A stretch of 63,460 nt of DNA, the filler included. It is 8 parts of 8 records of this genome, joined end to end, with 100 filler letters (N's around TTAATTAATTAA, not from the genome) between each part and the next. Parts side by side here need not be neighbours in the genome. Positions count along the whole stretch, not along the records: positions 34,711 to 41,247 come from SRR7504441_3559; positions 41,348 to 49,090 come from SRR7504441_3562; 6 more parts are not named here. One strand, 5' to 3'. The notes beneath the pieces are model-generated. The model saw nothing but the letters and a program-made list of their open reading frames with translations. It had not been told where the DNA came from and ran no database searches. Position 1 is the stretch's first letter, and each line of letters opens with the position of its first letter. Positions 36,832 to 48,904 of this stretch are shown in pieces. Both the position numbers and the translations under genes were made by a program.

Positions 36832-37774
36832 ATGGAGCTCGATGAGGGGCGGAGCCAGGACGGGATCGCCGGCCAGGAGCACCTTCGCGCGCTCCAGCGG
36901 CTCCAGCTGCTCCCAGACGACGTGCTGGTGGTGCGCGGCCCGGGAGGCCAGGCCCCGACCTGTCGGGCAGGCGTCGCTCGGACCCACCAGCCCGGCCGCC
37001 TGGCCGCTCGCCGTCGCCTGCCACGTGCTGTTGCACGGCCACAGCCCGCCGGCCAGACTGCCCGAGCAGCTCGAGGCCCACCGGGTGCGCCGGCCGGCGT
37101 GCGGGCCTCACCCGGCCGCGCAGTGGGACTTGGACCCGGCCGGGGGCGGGATGGAGGGACTGGCCAGGCCCAGGGTGCTCGGCACACAGCTGCCGTTCCC
37201 GGCGCTGCCGCCCGGGGCCCGGGGGTGCCGGATGGTGTACCTCGTGCGCGAGCCCAAGGAGAACCTGGCGGCCGCCTGGGACGGGCAGCCGCTGCAGCCG
37301 TTCGTGGACAGCTGGTGCCTGGGCAACGGCCTCGGCCAGCCGGGGGGCGGGTTCGGGCCGCACCTGCACAGCTACCTGGTCGGGCTGCACAGGGGGCACA
37401 GGGTGCACTGGTTCAGCCTGGAACGCTTCGAGATTGACCCGACCGCCGAGCTGACGGAGCTCGCTAGGTTCCTGTGGGGTGCCAATCCGGCGGGGCTGGC
37501 GCCAGAGCGGATCCCGGCGGCCCACTCCGCTGTGCAGGCGGTGCGGGCGGCTGAAGGGGAGTGGCTGGGCGCGCGGGGGCTGCTCAGCCCGGCGCAGTCG
37601 GCGCAAGTGGACAGAAGCTTCCAAGGGCTGTTCTCATTGTATCATGGAAAGCTGTTTTCTGACAAGTACGGGACTGCCGGGATATTCGGGGCCGTGTATC
37701 CTAGCAAGGACAAGCACAAGTTGATGAGCATCCCCACAGGTAGGCTAGCGGCGGCTGCCGATGTAAATTTATGA
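36832..37774 (+). CDS. Sulfotransferase-fold protein, catalytic motifs degenerate
   Basis: LLPDDVLVV|ASLGP (intron), RPRVLGTQLPF and RMVYLVREPKEN align with Sulfotransfer_1 motifs DDV..YPKSGT, PR..KTHLP and IYV.RNPKD. Confidence 0.6.
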
Positions 37775-37905
37775 TTCGCAATTGATTTTAACTTGAATTC
37801 GAGTAATTCAAAAGGCTCTTCGACGCTTAGGGCGTCGTTGAAGGCCTATATTCGGAGTGCGCCCTATTGGCGCTCGGACACCCGAATATGCTCCGGTGCG
37901 CTCCG

Positions 37906-38922
37906 TCACGGCTTGGCGGCGCATTCCATCAGCCGGCCGTCCTCGAGCATCACGACCATCTCCGGCAGCCTAAGCGCCCCGAGGTGGGTACCCAATGCAG
38001 TCTCCGGCAGCCCCATCCCGCGCTCCTCATACCGCACCCCGGCTGCGTAGTCCACGCACATCACCTTGGCCGCCGGCCCCAGCAGCTCGTTCGGCTCGTT
38101 TTCCGGAAACATGTCGGCGCCGGTCGGGTGGAAACCGTCGGGGTGGATATCGTCAACCGCCGGGCTGATCTCGCCCATGAACCGACGCCAAAAGTGGCCG
38201 ATCACCACCAGCTTACCGTCGGCCGGCTGGTAGCTCTCCCACCACTTGGCCCTCTCGATCGTCCGCATCTTGCCGCCAGCAAAGAACGGCTCGGCCGCCT
38301 TCTGCTCGAGCCCCGAAGTGAGCACCTTTACCGGATTCTCGTTCTGGTGCGCCAAGTCGATCTGCTCCACGTCCGTTACGCCCTCCAACCGCGCCTCGAT
38401 CGCTGCCTCGGACTGTGTGAACGCCTCGAGCACGGTGCAGTCGAGCGCCTGAACTGCGGCCAGAGCCTCGGGCGTGACGCATGCGTGGACAACGAGCAGG
38501 TCGTCGCGCTCGAGCACCAACGGCAGGCTCGCAAAGAACTCGAGCACTTCGTCGCTGAATTGCTGGTCGGCCAAAACCTGGAACGACACCGAGTGCTTGT
38601 CCTTCCTAATCACCTCGGGCTCGCCGAAGAACCAGTGGTTCCCATGCTTGCGGTCGGCCTTCAGGATGTTGAGCTCGTGGTTGCCCAGCACGCACTGGGC
38701 GTTCCCCTGCTGCATCAGATGCCGGACCAGCCTGACCACCCCCGGCGAGTCCGGGCCCCGGTCCACCAGGTCTCCCACGAAGACCAGCTTGCGCCCGTCG
38801 GGGTGGCAACCGTTCCCGTCATAGCCCATGCGGTCGAGCAGCTTGCACAGGGTTCCGCACTCGCCGTGCACGTCCCCGATGATGTCCACCGGCCCCTCAA
38901 ACAGCCGCTGGACCAATCGCAT
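37906..38922 (-). CDS. Calcineurin-like metallophosphoesterase (ApaH/PrpE-like), intronless
   Basis: Motifs GDVHG, GDLVDRG, GNHE, VHA and GH in a single 338-aa ORF. Confidence 0.85.
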   Translation of the reverse strand: MRLVQRLFEGPVDIIGDVHGECGTLCKLLDRMGYDGNGCHPDGRKLVFVGDLVDRGPDSPGVVRLVRHLMQQGNAQCVLGNHELNILKADRKHGNHWFFGEPEVIRKDKHSVSFQVLADQQFSDEVLEFFASLPLVLERDDLLVVHACVTPEALAAVQALDCTVLEAFTQSEAAIEARLEGVTDVEQIDLAHQNENPVKVLTSGLEQKAAEPFFAGGKMRTIERAKWWESYQPADGKLVVIGHFWRRFMGEISPAVDDIHPDGFHPTGADMFPENEPNELLGPAAKVMCVDYAAGVRYEERGMGLPETALGTHLGALRLPEMVVMLEDGRLMECAAKP

Positions 38923-39013
38923 GGCTGTCCAGATCGAAGTAACGGCAGCTCGAGCACTGGCAGATCGACGAGTTTACAAACGGTAGATCTAGCCGGTGTT
39001 GACACCGGGCGGC

Positions 39014-40187
39014 ATGGGGATGGAGGCCCGCAGGCGTGCCGACTGGGAGGCCGAGGTGCAGGACAGCTAGGAGCTCCAGCTGTTCAAGCCGCTGGCCGCC
39101 TGGAAGGCCAGCTACGAGCCGCCCGCGGCCCCAGACTCGATAGAAGCCAAGATCAAGGCCGGTATGCTGGACAAGGCCAGGGAGCTGGCCCAGCAGGCGC
39201 TGGTGCACCAGATACTCGAGCTGCTCTCGGCGCTCCTCTCCAATCTGCAGCAAGAGCTCAGCGACAACCTCGAACCAGCTCGCGGCCCGTCCGAAGCCGA
39301 TCTTACCTCAACAGCCGGACCAGGCGACGCCCTCAGAGACACCCAGGCGCTCAAGCACGCCATTGTCGTGGTGTGCGCTGGGCCCGGCCCGGCGGACCGC
39401 CGGTGCGGCAGGTGAATGCGCTGAACGCAATCTGCCTCGCGTTCCGCTTTTCGCGGCACCAGCCCAGCAAGTTTGAACATCTGCGCGGCTGTGCGGTCAG
39501 CCGAATCGCTGAGCAGCTTTGCCTGGCCCAGCAGCATGCGCGCAACGAACTCCAACGGCAGACCAGCAGCGCGACGGTTGATCGGATTGCGCTAGCCATC
39601 AAGGCAATTGCGTGCCCTGCCGGGCTCCGATCCGCGGCCAGGCAGTGCTTCAAGGCAAAGCTGACACACTGCAGCGGCTGATGGGGGAGGCGCCCGTGTT
39701 TTCCCGGATGGCGCGGGTGGGTCGGGAGACTGTTGGGGCGATGCTGGCCAAATTGATTGAAGCCCAGCTCAAGAGACATGCAGGCAAGCTAGTAGAGCAG
39801 CTCCGGGACGAGGCGCCGCCCCTGCCGAGCCGTTCGAGCCGAGCTGCAGGTTGTGGCGGTGGTGCGCGACGCTGAGAGTCAGCTGGGGCTCGATCTGGGC
39901 GCCAGCGAGCCAAGCTCAATGGCCACGGTGGGCCGCGCGGTGTACACGCAAGCACTGACTCGGGACCGTGGCAGGCCATCGAGAGAATCGATCAACGGAC
40001 GGTGGCGGCCTACAACAGCTTGGACCAGGCAGTGGCCGAGCAGCTGGCCCAAGTCACCGAGTTCTTTGAGAGCATCCTGAACGGCAATCCGGATGAGGCA
40101 GTTGTGCAGAGCCAGGCGAATCTCATAACAACACCTGAAGGCCGCAACCCTGGGGTCGCTGGCGCAAGCTCGAGGCAATGCTGCTAA
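39014..40187 (+). CDS. Hypothetical helical protein, multi-exon
   Basis: Consecutive coding-like frames (ELQLFKPLAAWK..., MLDKARELAQQALVHQILELL..., VAAYNSLDQAVAEQL...) linked by short introns. Confidence 0.5.
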
Positions 40188-40228
40188 TTAATGCGTGTAC
40201 ATGCTCTATTCATAAAATTCATATAAAT

Positions 40229-40876
40229 TCATATAGCTCCGTAATTTGGTAGCAAATTCCGCGTGGCGAGCGGAGCCATATCGCCTATAGTCGACACGGC
40301 GCTGTGCGCCCCCGGCTCGTACGGCATCACCCCGCGCTCCGCCGCGCTCCGCCCGTCCCCGTTCACGTGCACAGCAATGCTGAGCCCTGAAATCAGCTTC
40401 CTGCCAGCCGGGCCGTACTCGCTCCAAATTCGGTTGCACATGGCCAGAGCGACGCGCTCCCACTCCGCCGAGAGCGGCAGCGTCGGCGTTGGGCGCAGCG
40501 CCGTGTCCAGGATGATGCTGTGCGCCGAGAGCTGGTACTGTATGCAGTTGTCGTCCCCCTGCGCGAACGGACAGTGGTCTTCTCCCGGGCGGTAGCGCCA
40601 CCTTACGTAAACGTCCAAGGTCTTGTTCTCCTGTCTAGTGCTGTTGATCTGGAGCAGCTGAAACTCGAAATCCACCGTCGGCGCCGGATCGGGAGCGGAC
40701 TGTTGGGTGGCGAGCACCGCGACCAGCGCCAGGCTGGCGCCGGCGATGAATGCGAGCAGCTGGCTCCCTCTAGACACGGTCGGCGGGACAATTAGGCGTC
40801 CGTGGCCCGAGTGGTGGAGCTGCGTGCTGTGCTCGGGTGTGAGCCACTTCGCTGGCTCCTCGCCCTTCCTGGACAT
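40229..40876 (-). CDS. Hypothetical single-pass (type II) membrane or secreted protein
   Basis: Intronless ORF from MSRKGEE with the hydrophobic segment LLAFIAGASLALVAVLA, then a globular region with N-glycosylation sequons (NST, NKT). Confidence 0.6.
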   Translation of the reverse strand: MSRKGEEPAKWLTPEHSTQLHHSGHGRLIVPPTVSRGSQLLAFIAGASLALVAVLATQQSAPDPAPTVDFEFQLLQINSTRQENKTLDVYVRWRYRPGEDHCPFAQGDDNCIQYQLSAHSIILDTALRPTPTLPLSAEWERVALAMCNRIWSEYGPAGRKLISGLSIAVHVNGDGRSAAERGVMPYEPGAHSAVSTIGDMAPLATRNLLPNYGAI

Positions 40877-40942
40877 GGCCGCGCCCAGAAGCTGAAGCCC
40901 CAGATCCGGCCAACCGTTGCCGTTACAGGTGCCGTTTGTGCT

Positions 40943-41247
40943 ATGCCCGTCTACCGGTCGTCCTGGGCCCAGCCGGTGCTGGCCAGCCGGACGCCGTTCC
41001 TGGCCAACCCGTACTGGGCGCACAAGGTCGCCCGAGACGAGCAGCGGGCCAAAATCACCCCGGCTGACGCCTGCGACCGCGGGCTGCGCGACGCCCGCCG
41101 GCTGCTTGAGGCCTGCCAGACTGTCAATGGCGACGCGATGCGCCCGCCCGAGCCGTACCGGGCGGCGGCCGCCGCAGTGGCGGCCGCGACCAAGAGGGAC
41201 ACTGAGGCCGCAGCCGAGGAAGAGGCGCTGATCTGCTGCGCGAAGCT
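40943..41247 (+). CDS. 5' part of a hypothetical protein, truncated
   Basis: ATG at 40943 with an open frame to the gap (MPVYRSSWAQP...). Confidence 0.45.
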
Positions 41248-41347
41248 NNNNNNNNNNNNNNNNNNNNNNNNNNNNNNNNNNNNNNNNNNNNTTAATTAAT
41301 TAANNNNNNNNNNNNNNNNNNNNNNNNNNNNNNNNNNNNNNNNNNNN

Positions 41348-43979
41348 ACGCCTGGATAGGCACCGCAGCTCTCTCGTCGTTGGCTATTGGAAACATGGCT
41401 GCTTGAGCTTGCACATCCCCTACCCTATCCCCTATGGCTGCTTGAGTTTGCATATCCCCTGCTGAGACAATCATTTGGCAGGCTGGCAACGCAAGCTGAG
41501 CCGTGCTGTTGCTGCCACTGAGTGAGGGCAAGCAGTCTGAAGTTAAAACATGCCGCCGCCTGGGGCGCGAGGCTTGAATGTTATCCAGAGGGCTCACCAT
41601 TGTGCCATCTTGTGCATCTGGCGTAGCTAGATTATCTGGAGACTGATAAGGGATCAGTTCGCAGTGCAGCACGCCTTCTGAACTCCTAGCTGTCTCCCTG
41701 GCAGCTTCGCGTCTCACGCGAGCAGGCAAGGTCTCGGACGCAAACAGTTGAATGTGCTTGAACCAGCCGAGCCGCGTCAGAACCCGCAGCACATTCGCGT
41801 CCACAGCGTAGTCGTTCCGCTTCATTTGATAGAGCATCAGACATGCAATGGTCTTGTCGCTGATGCCTGGGCTCTCGATCAGCCACGCTCGCACTTGATC
41901 ATCTGGCCAGTTGTTGAGCTGCTCGAGCGAGGTCTCTCCAAACTTGTCATGCGCCCGCTGGAGCAGCAGCATGATCCGCTTGGCCTTGTTGTGGAAGTAT
42001 GGCCCGTGACAAATGCACGTCTCCACGTCTTCCTGCCGGGCCTGGCGCATACGATTCCAATCAGGCTCGCCGGAGGCAGCGCCGCCAAAGCTGCTCAAAA
42101 GATTCGAATATCCAACAGAAGACCAGCTGTTCCGAGTGTTCTGGGCGCAAATCAGCCCGACCAGCGTCCCAAGGATCGAGGTCTTCCATTCCAGATTGAT
42201 GAAAGGGAAATCTCCGTACGGTGACTCGAGCTTGCTGGAAAGCTGCTCAAAGTGGTGCCAGAACGTCTGGTTGCTAATGGGCTTGACCAGGTCCCCATAG
42301 AACAGGTGAGGATTCACGCGTGGCCGTGGCTGAGAGGGCACGCGTTGCATCATCGCCGGGATCGACGGACAGCGCGGCATTGTTTGGAACGAGCCAGCTG
42401 GGTGGGCCGACCGTTGGCCTCCGGTCCGAGCAGGCTTGGGCTTGATCAAAAGCTGCTTGAGTTGGGCCTGCTCGTGGTCGTGCCGGACGCAGTAGGCGCA
42501 GACCACGTGCTGGGCGTCGCATTTGAGATGGCTGTGCGTGTTGCAGTGGTCGCACTGGATCCAGCTCTGGTCGCCAACATCCGGAGACCAGATCTCAAAA
42601 CAGACCTGGCACATGCGCTCGTCCAGAAACTCGCCGATCGATATGTCCAGCCCGGACACCTTGAGCGCCCTCAGCCAGCGCTTATCCCGCTTGAGCTGAG
42701 CGGCTGCCTGTGCGTACTTGGACCTGGCTGTGTCCAGCTGCTCAGCTGCCTCGCCCTGCACGAATGCCTTGGGCTCCACTGGGTCGGGCTGCGGCTCATC
42801 GGGGGATTGCGGCATCGGCAGCACACTAAACGGCAGGCCGGTCGCATTGAAATTCCGGCCCGGGGTGACGACGAACTTAGCCTTGCGGCCTTGCATCTCG
42901 ACCGCTATCTTGAGAGATCCGTCCGCCGCCCGCTCGACTGGATCCCCAATCTTCTCCCGGCGGCTGGCGCAGACCGGGCAGTCATCCAGCCGGTCCGGGT
43001 TCAGGCGCTGCCACTGCTCGGCGCAGTGCTGGTGCCTGTGTGTGTTGCAGTGCGGGCATTCTATCCAGAGCAAGTCGTACGCGTCCTTGTCGTGCGGCGA
43101 CCAGAGCTTGGAGCATACCTGGCACATGTTCTGCTCGATGAACTGGCCGACCGACTGGCTGGCGTCCACTCGGATCGCCTTGAGCGGCTCCCTGTCCAGC
43201 CTGAACTTGCCGATCCGTTCGCACTCGGCAACAAACTCCTTGGGGCTCTGCTCAATCTCTAGGTCATCGCGCACTATCACCACCGCCCCGCCCTGCTCGA
43301 TCCTGGCCCAGGCGTGCAGCTCGGCCTGCAGCGCCGCTATCCCGACCGTCACCTTGATCGTGCCCTGGCTGCTCCAGCTCCCGCCTTGAGGCTTGGCCTG
43401 TCGCTTCTTGGGTCTAGAGCTGGCCAGATCGGCCCCAAACGCCGCCTTGCGCTCGGCCTGCAGAGCCCACGGCCGCCCGGCGGCTCCGGCGGCGCTGCGC
43501 TTGGGCCGGCACAGCGCGGACTGCTGGCCGCCGGCTATCGGCGCCCCGAGGGCCGACTGCTTCCCTCCGGCCATCGGGATCTTGCCGGCCGCCGCGAGGG
43601 GCGGGTCGGCGCGCCGGCTCTTTCGGCCGGCCGGCGTCGGGTCGGGGGCCTTCCTCTTGGCCGGTGGGGCCGGGGCGCGGGGCGCGGGGTCTTGCGTATC
43701 TGGCGCGCAGGTGCACTGGTGGTCGGCCGGGACCACTCGCTGGCAGTCGAGGCATTTGATCTTGCCCGCTTTGGGCGTCGCCTGGACCTGCGGGCGCCCC
43801 CGTGCCGACTTGCCCGCCCGCGCGGCCGGGGTGCGGACCGGCGGGCTGCTGGCGCTCTTTTCAGTCACACTTGCTTCTCGGGTCCGGGGCGCGTCGGCAG
43901 CCCGTCGCCTGGTCACCCGGGGCGTGCAGGCCGACACTTCGGAGATGGCATCGCTTCGCGCTCGTCGAGCCCTCGGCAT
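41348..43979 (-). CDS. 2x PHD-like fingers + HhH-GPD DNA glycosylase (DEMETER/ROS1/EndoIII-like), 3' truncated
   Basis: TLVGLICAQNT, DWNRMRQA, KAKRI, SLEQL, SPGISDKTIACLML and VDANVLRVLTRLGW. C4HC3 fingers at 42969-43124 and 42489-42611. Met at 43979 is preferred because the upstream ATG overlaps PSMB7. Confidence 0.8.
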
Positions 43980-44103
43980 CTCGCGGGCCGCGCTCTGCGG
44001 TGGCAAGACCTCAGCAGAGGCGGTGGCGCCAAGCCGGTACCGATCCGTTGGAGGAGCAACGGAAAGCTGAGCTTCGAGTGTGTCAAGCTCGGGCTCTCCA
44101 GAG

Positions 44104-45313
44104 ATGGCCGCCGAGGAACTCGCAGGCATTCAGGGCGGTTTCAGCTTCGAGAACTACGCTAGGTGTCGCGCTGAGCTGAGCCCGGGCCCGGCGGGCTGAT
44201 CGATCTGCGGCAGGAACAACTTTATCCAGGAGCAGGGCGCCAAGATCCCCAAGTTCCGCAAAACAGGAACCACCATCGTCGGCGTCATCTACAAGGTGCC
44301 CCCCAGGCGCGACCGCCCGCGCTGACCGCTGTCCCCAGGATGGCGTCGTGCTTGGTGCCGACACCCGCGCTACCGGCGGTTCGACGGTCGGCGCCGAACC
44401 AGGCGGCGGGGCTTGAGGCCGCGGGCAGGTCTGCGATAAGAACTGCGAGAAGATTCACTACCTGGCGCCCAACATCTACTGCTGCGGGGCCGGCACCGCC
44501 GCCGACACCGAGAAGACCACAGGTGCCCGGGCGGCTGCTCGGGTTGCCAGCCGGGGTGCAGACATGATCAGCGGGCAACTCTACCTGCACAGGATGGCGA
44601 GCAACCGGCAGTCGCGGGTGACCACCGCCCGGAAGATGCTGAGCGAGATGCTCTTCCGGTCTGCCCCCGGCCGGCGCGGCTCTGAGTCTGGCCGCAGCTA
44701 CCAAGGCCACGTGAGTGCTGCGCTGGTCCTGGGGGGTGTCGACGTCAACGGGCCTCACATCCACACTGTGTACCCGCACGGAAGTACTGACGCACTGCCG
44801 TACGCGACGATGGGGTCGGGCTCGCTGGCCGCAATGTCAGTGTTCGAGGCGCGGTACAAGGACGACATGACGGTCCGCCTCTAGCGAGCTTGGGCGGCCT
44901 TGTGATCGATGGTTTCTTCAGAGGGACGAGGCGGTGCTTCTAGTCCGGGATGCGATCAGGGCGGGGATCTTCAACGATTTAGGTTCGGGTGGGAACGTTG
45001 ATGTTGTAGTCATCGCTAAGGTGACAGACCATTCAGCTGGCACTGACTGGTTGTGCGTACAACAGAACCAACCAGCAGAGATCCTGCGCAACTACGAGCC
45101 GCTGGACGTCGAGCCGGAAAGGCGACCAGTCAAGTTTGCTCCCGGCGCTACAGGTGCAGCCCTGGGGACAATACTCTAATTGGCTAGGCAAATGGCCTGC
45201 TATTGTGTCGCAAGACGCCTCGATCTAACAGTTTTGTGGCAGCGATACTCTCTGAAACTGTGGAGGTGTTTGAGGGATCGGTAGCCGATATCGGCGAGGG
45301 GATGGACATCTAG
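44104..45313 (+). CDS. PSMB7: 20S proteasome subunit beta type-2 (beta2/Pup1/PSMB7)
   Basis: Spliced GGFSFENY...[25 protein letters not shown]...DKNCEKIHY...[11 protein letters not shown]...[15 protein letters not shown]...[10 protein letters not shown]...[14 protein letters not shown]. Eight GT-AG introns. Confidence 0.95.
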
Positions 45314-45670
45314 ATTCCCACTCCAGGGCATGTATCGAAGGTAATTGTGTCTTCACACGACACAATAACCTTTTGTATGAATCGAATTAGTTCTGGTTTG
45401 TTCCACCTTGTAGTTATGAACTCGTACGAGTCATGTAAATCACTCTATCGAATCTATCACACATTTTGTGACCAAATAACGTGCAGTGCAGGATTTATAC
45501 GTACCAGATGTCACTTTAGTGAACATTTAGACAACAACGTGTAGACCTGTTTGATCATCGTGCATACTCGTACATACGTAAATCATCGAGTGCTTTTTTC
45601 TATCCTGTTCTATCGGTTCCTCTAGTTCTTCTATATATCCATTGGCACCATCTGTAGTGCTTTCTGGAGC

Positions 45671-48179
45671 TTATAGTGCCGATGCCCCATGCAGGTCTCT
45701 CCACCATGAGTGCTCGTTCGGATTCCATTTCCACTCTTTAAACTCATGCCCATTCAGCCAGTACCTGCAGCAGGCTTGGCAGCCATCCACATCCCCGATC
45801 ACCTGCTCACCACAGACGTCCGTTTGCGCTTGTCAGTCAGCTGGATCTCGTGTATCCACTCATACCTGCCCACAGCTCGATTGGGGCTTCTGGTGGTCGG
45901 ACCTGGCGTCTCCCATCAGCACATAGATATCGCCCGCTGCAAGGTGGATCCGGTGTGTATCCTGCGGCCTGCCCAGCGCTCAGTTGGTCTGATTCGGAGC
46001 GCGGCCGCTCACCCTGTCTGCGGGTTGCTCAGCACCAGGTCAGCGGCATCGAGCGAGGAGCTGATGATCAGCTGTGGGCTCGACCGTCAGTCTGCTCTAG
46101 ATAGCCCACTCACGTGGCCCAGGTTTGGTGGATCGAAGTGCGGCTCCAAGTTGGCCGAGTAGCTTACCACCATGTGGTGAAATACGACAGGCTCGCCCCC
46201 GGCCAGCATCGTGTGCCCTGGCCAACCGCTTACACTCGGACCCAACCAGCCAGATCACCGCCCACGCTGTCATGGCTCGGCGGCTCCAAGTTGTGCCCTC
46301 GTGCAAGCTTGCTCGTGTACTGAGAAGACTTGACAACAGCTCCCTGCAGCACAAGCTAATGCCGATCGGATCAGGTTTTGAGTGACCTCGCGATCTTCTC
46401 GCAGGTCCAGCATCGGCTGCAGGTACGGGAATATGCACTCGCGGATCACTTTCTCGAGAGATTTGGTCCACGAAGGGAACTGTGTGATCGAGGCCCGCTT
46501 GATCTCCGAGGGGCACTGCCAGCCAGGCCGGTGATGCGCGGATGGGATTGACTAACAGACCGCCGAGTGCTTGCAGATCTCTTCCGGAGCAAAGCAAACG
46601 CGGCATTGCGAGCTCTGGTTGGCCTGCTGCACGACTGCGTGCGAGTACTTGCCATTCACGACGTCCTGCACGTCGGCCAGGTCGGCTTGCATCGCCTCGA
46701 GCAGCGTGAGCCCCGACTCTGTCCGGTGCCTGCACTGGCTGGTTGATCAAGCCGGATGGTTGAGCGCACCTGGTGAGGATCTGCTGGAAGAGCATGAACC
46801 CGTCCACCATCTTCCACTCAGCCGGGTGCACCGCCTCGGCCCAGTGCAGCATCCGGCCGAAATTAACGTTGTTTGTCTGCAGTCTCCGCCGCTCTTGCCC
46901 ATTCTCGTGAGGAAGAGTGGTATCAGTTTCTTTCTTGGAGCTAGCAGCCGGCTCTGGCTTCTCGGAGATCAGGCACTCCCGCCCAGTGTCTGCTGCGACG
47001 GCCAACGCCTGCCAGCCCACAACTCAGCGCCTGATCAGACCGACACGCCGCCCTAGAGTCGACTAGCAGCCAATCACTCGCACGCGATAAGACACAGCCG
47101 GCTCTGCTCGCCTGGGTCAGCCTGGCGTTAACCCTAGCCGTGTGATGCAATCTGCCCTCGGCTGTCTGAAGTCGCAGGCGCAGCTCGGCACACTCCCGCT
47201 CAGTGGCCAATGCCCGTGCGCTATATTTTGGCATCTCGTGGGTCGCCGGCTTGGCGCCTGCACTATTTGGAGTCGTTGTCGCCGAAATCCCACCGCTGTG
47301 CTTTGGCTTTTTGTTGCCCTGGGCATGCTTTGGGGCGGCTCGTTTGGCACACTTCTTAGGCGCCGCGCGCTGGGCCGCGGCCGCCGCCTCGAGAGCCGTG
47401 AGTTTCTCTATCTGAGTCTGCACCTCCTCCTGGGCCATTTTGAGGGTCTTGTTGCGATCTGTCAGCACGACCAGCATCGAGGCGGGCTGCGACGGGTCCT
47501 CCAGGCACTGGACCACCTGTCCAGACCCAAACCAGACCGATCAGCACTCATTCCATCCGCGCAATTCTTAGGCGGGAGGGCAGCCGAGACAGCCCGGCTC
47601 GGCCGGAGGCGGGAGGGCTGGTTGCTCACCGCCTCGACGGCTGCGTTCCCGGGGATGTCGCATAGCAGACGCATCCCGACCAGCTTGAGCTGGCTGCTGC
47701 CCGAGAGCTCCGGCTCCTCGAACTGCGTGAGCTGCTTGATCAGGGCCTCGTCAGACTCGGCCCCGCCCGCCCCGATCTGGAACAGCTGGAGCAGCTCGTA
47801 GGTCAGCTTGTACGGCTTCCCGTACCCTCGGAAGTCCTCTGCAATTGCCAGCGGGCTTTTGGCGCTGGCGTTGAGGTCCTTTGGTCGCAGGCCGCTTCGG
47901 AGCAGCATCTCGGCCGCGTTGCGACAGCCGCGGCTGGCTGCGAAGTGGAGCAAGGTGTTGCCAGACTTGTCTTTCAGTTCAGTCAATGTGAAGCCATGCT
48001 CGCGAATAGCCTGCCCCAAACCAACCCGTGAGCTCCCAAGCGTCGGCAAGGCCGGTCCGAGAGCGGCCGCGCGCTGGGGGGGGGGTTCCCACCTGCAAAC
48101 ACGAAACAGCAGAAGCATCGCTGCGCCGGGTGCAGTACTTGAACGCCTCGAACAGATCATCCGCGTCAGCCTTCGCCAT
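45671..48179 (-). CDS. Ankyrin-repeat + AlkB-family 2OG-Fe(II) dioxygenase fusion, multi-exon
   Basis: Ankyrin repeat GNTLLHFAASRGCRNAAEMLL. The spliced C-terminus reads LEPHFDPP...IYVLMGDAR|YEWIHEI...KRTSVVSR|YWL, giving HxD...H...RxSxxxR. TAA at 45671-45673. Confidence 0.7.
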
Positions 48180-48904
48180 GATGGCACTCCGGGGTGCTAT
48201 CTCGTCTCCGCACAGGTCACGCGGCGGACGCGGGCCGGGCTGGTGCTCCCTCTCGCGAGGTCAGTCAACGTACGTACATTTCCTTTGCCTGATCATACAG
48301 GTTCGATGATGCAGTGCTCAGCCCGTGCCAGCGCGCCTGCGAGCCAGCGAGCTTACCATGTACAGAACCACCATACAACAACAAGCCTCGGGCGAGGAGT
48401 ATCCCCACTCCCAACATACTCCAGCCCTCCTCCGGATTGCCAAGTGCACCGGTACCCTCTTCGCTAGCGGCCTAGCGCTCTCTTGCCGCCTATTGTTTGT
48501 TCGCAACTTTGCTCGGAGGATTAGGAGCTTTTTTGCCGCCGGCCCGGGGCAAGCCTGGGTAGTGGGGTAGTCGCCCGGAACGCCCGTACTAGGTTGACCG
48601 CCTGACTGATTGGGCGGTACTAGGGCGGTACCTGCGGGGATGAATCGGATGATGCCTGGTGAATTCGAACCAGCCTCACTCGCTCAAGTCATTATTCAAA
48701 GCACAGGTATGCCGCCTCCCGCGCTCGGCTGATGGCCACCATAGTGCCCCGGCATCTCTGGCCCGCCTCCAGCCCCTGTTTAGACTGGTCGAGCCCCTCG
48801 CCCTGCCCGGGATCTTCCGGCGGCCCAGCCCTTGCCGGCCCCCGCTCCTCCGACTGCTGCCCGACCGCATAGGCTGACCGGCCCGGGCGTGCAGACACAT
48901 CGAG

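Noticed and set aside
37867-39681. 604-aa plus-strand ORF and many other long antisense ORFs
   Set aside because: They are shadow frames of GC-rich genes with recognisable motifs on another strand or frame.
43980-44129. Head-to-head coding overlap of the glycosylase ORF with PSMB7
   Set aside because: The Met at 43979 removes the overlap, and the extension shows no domain.
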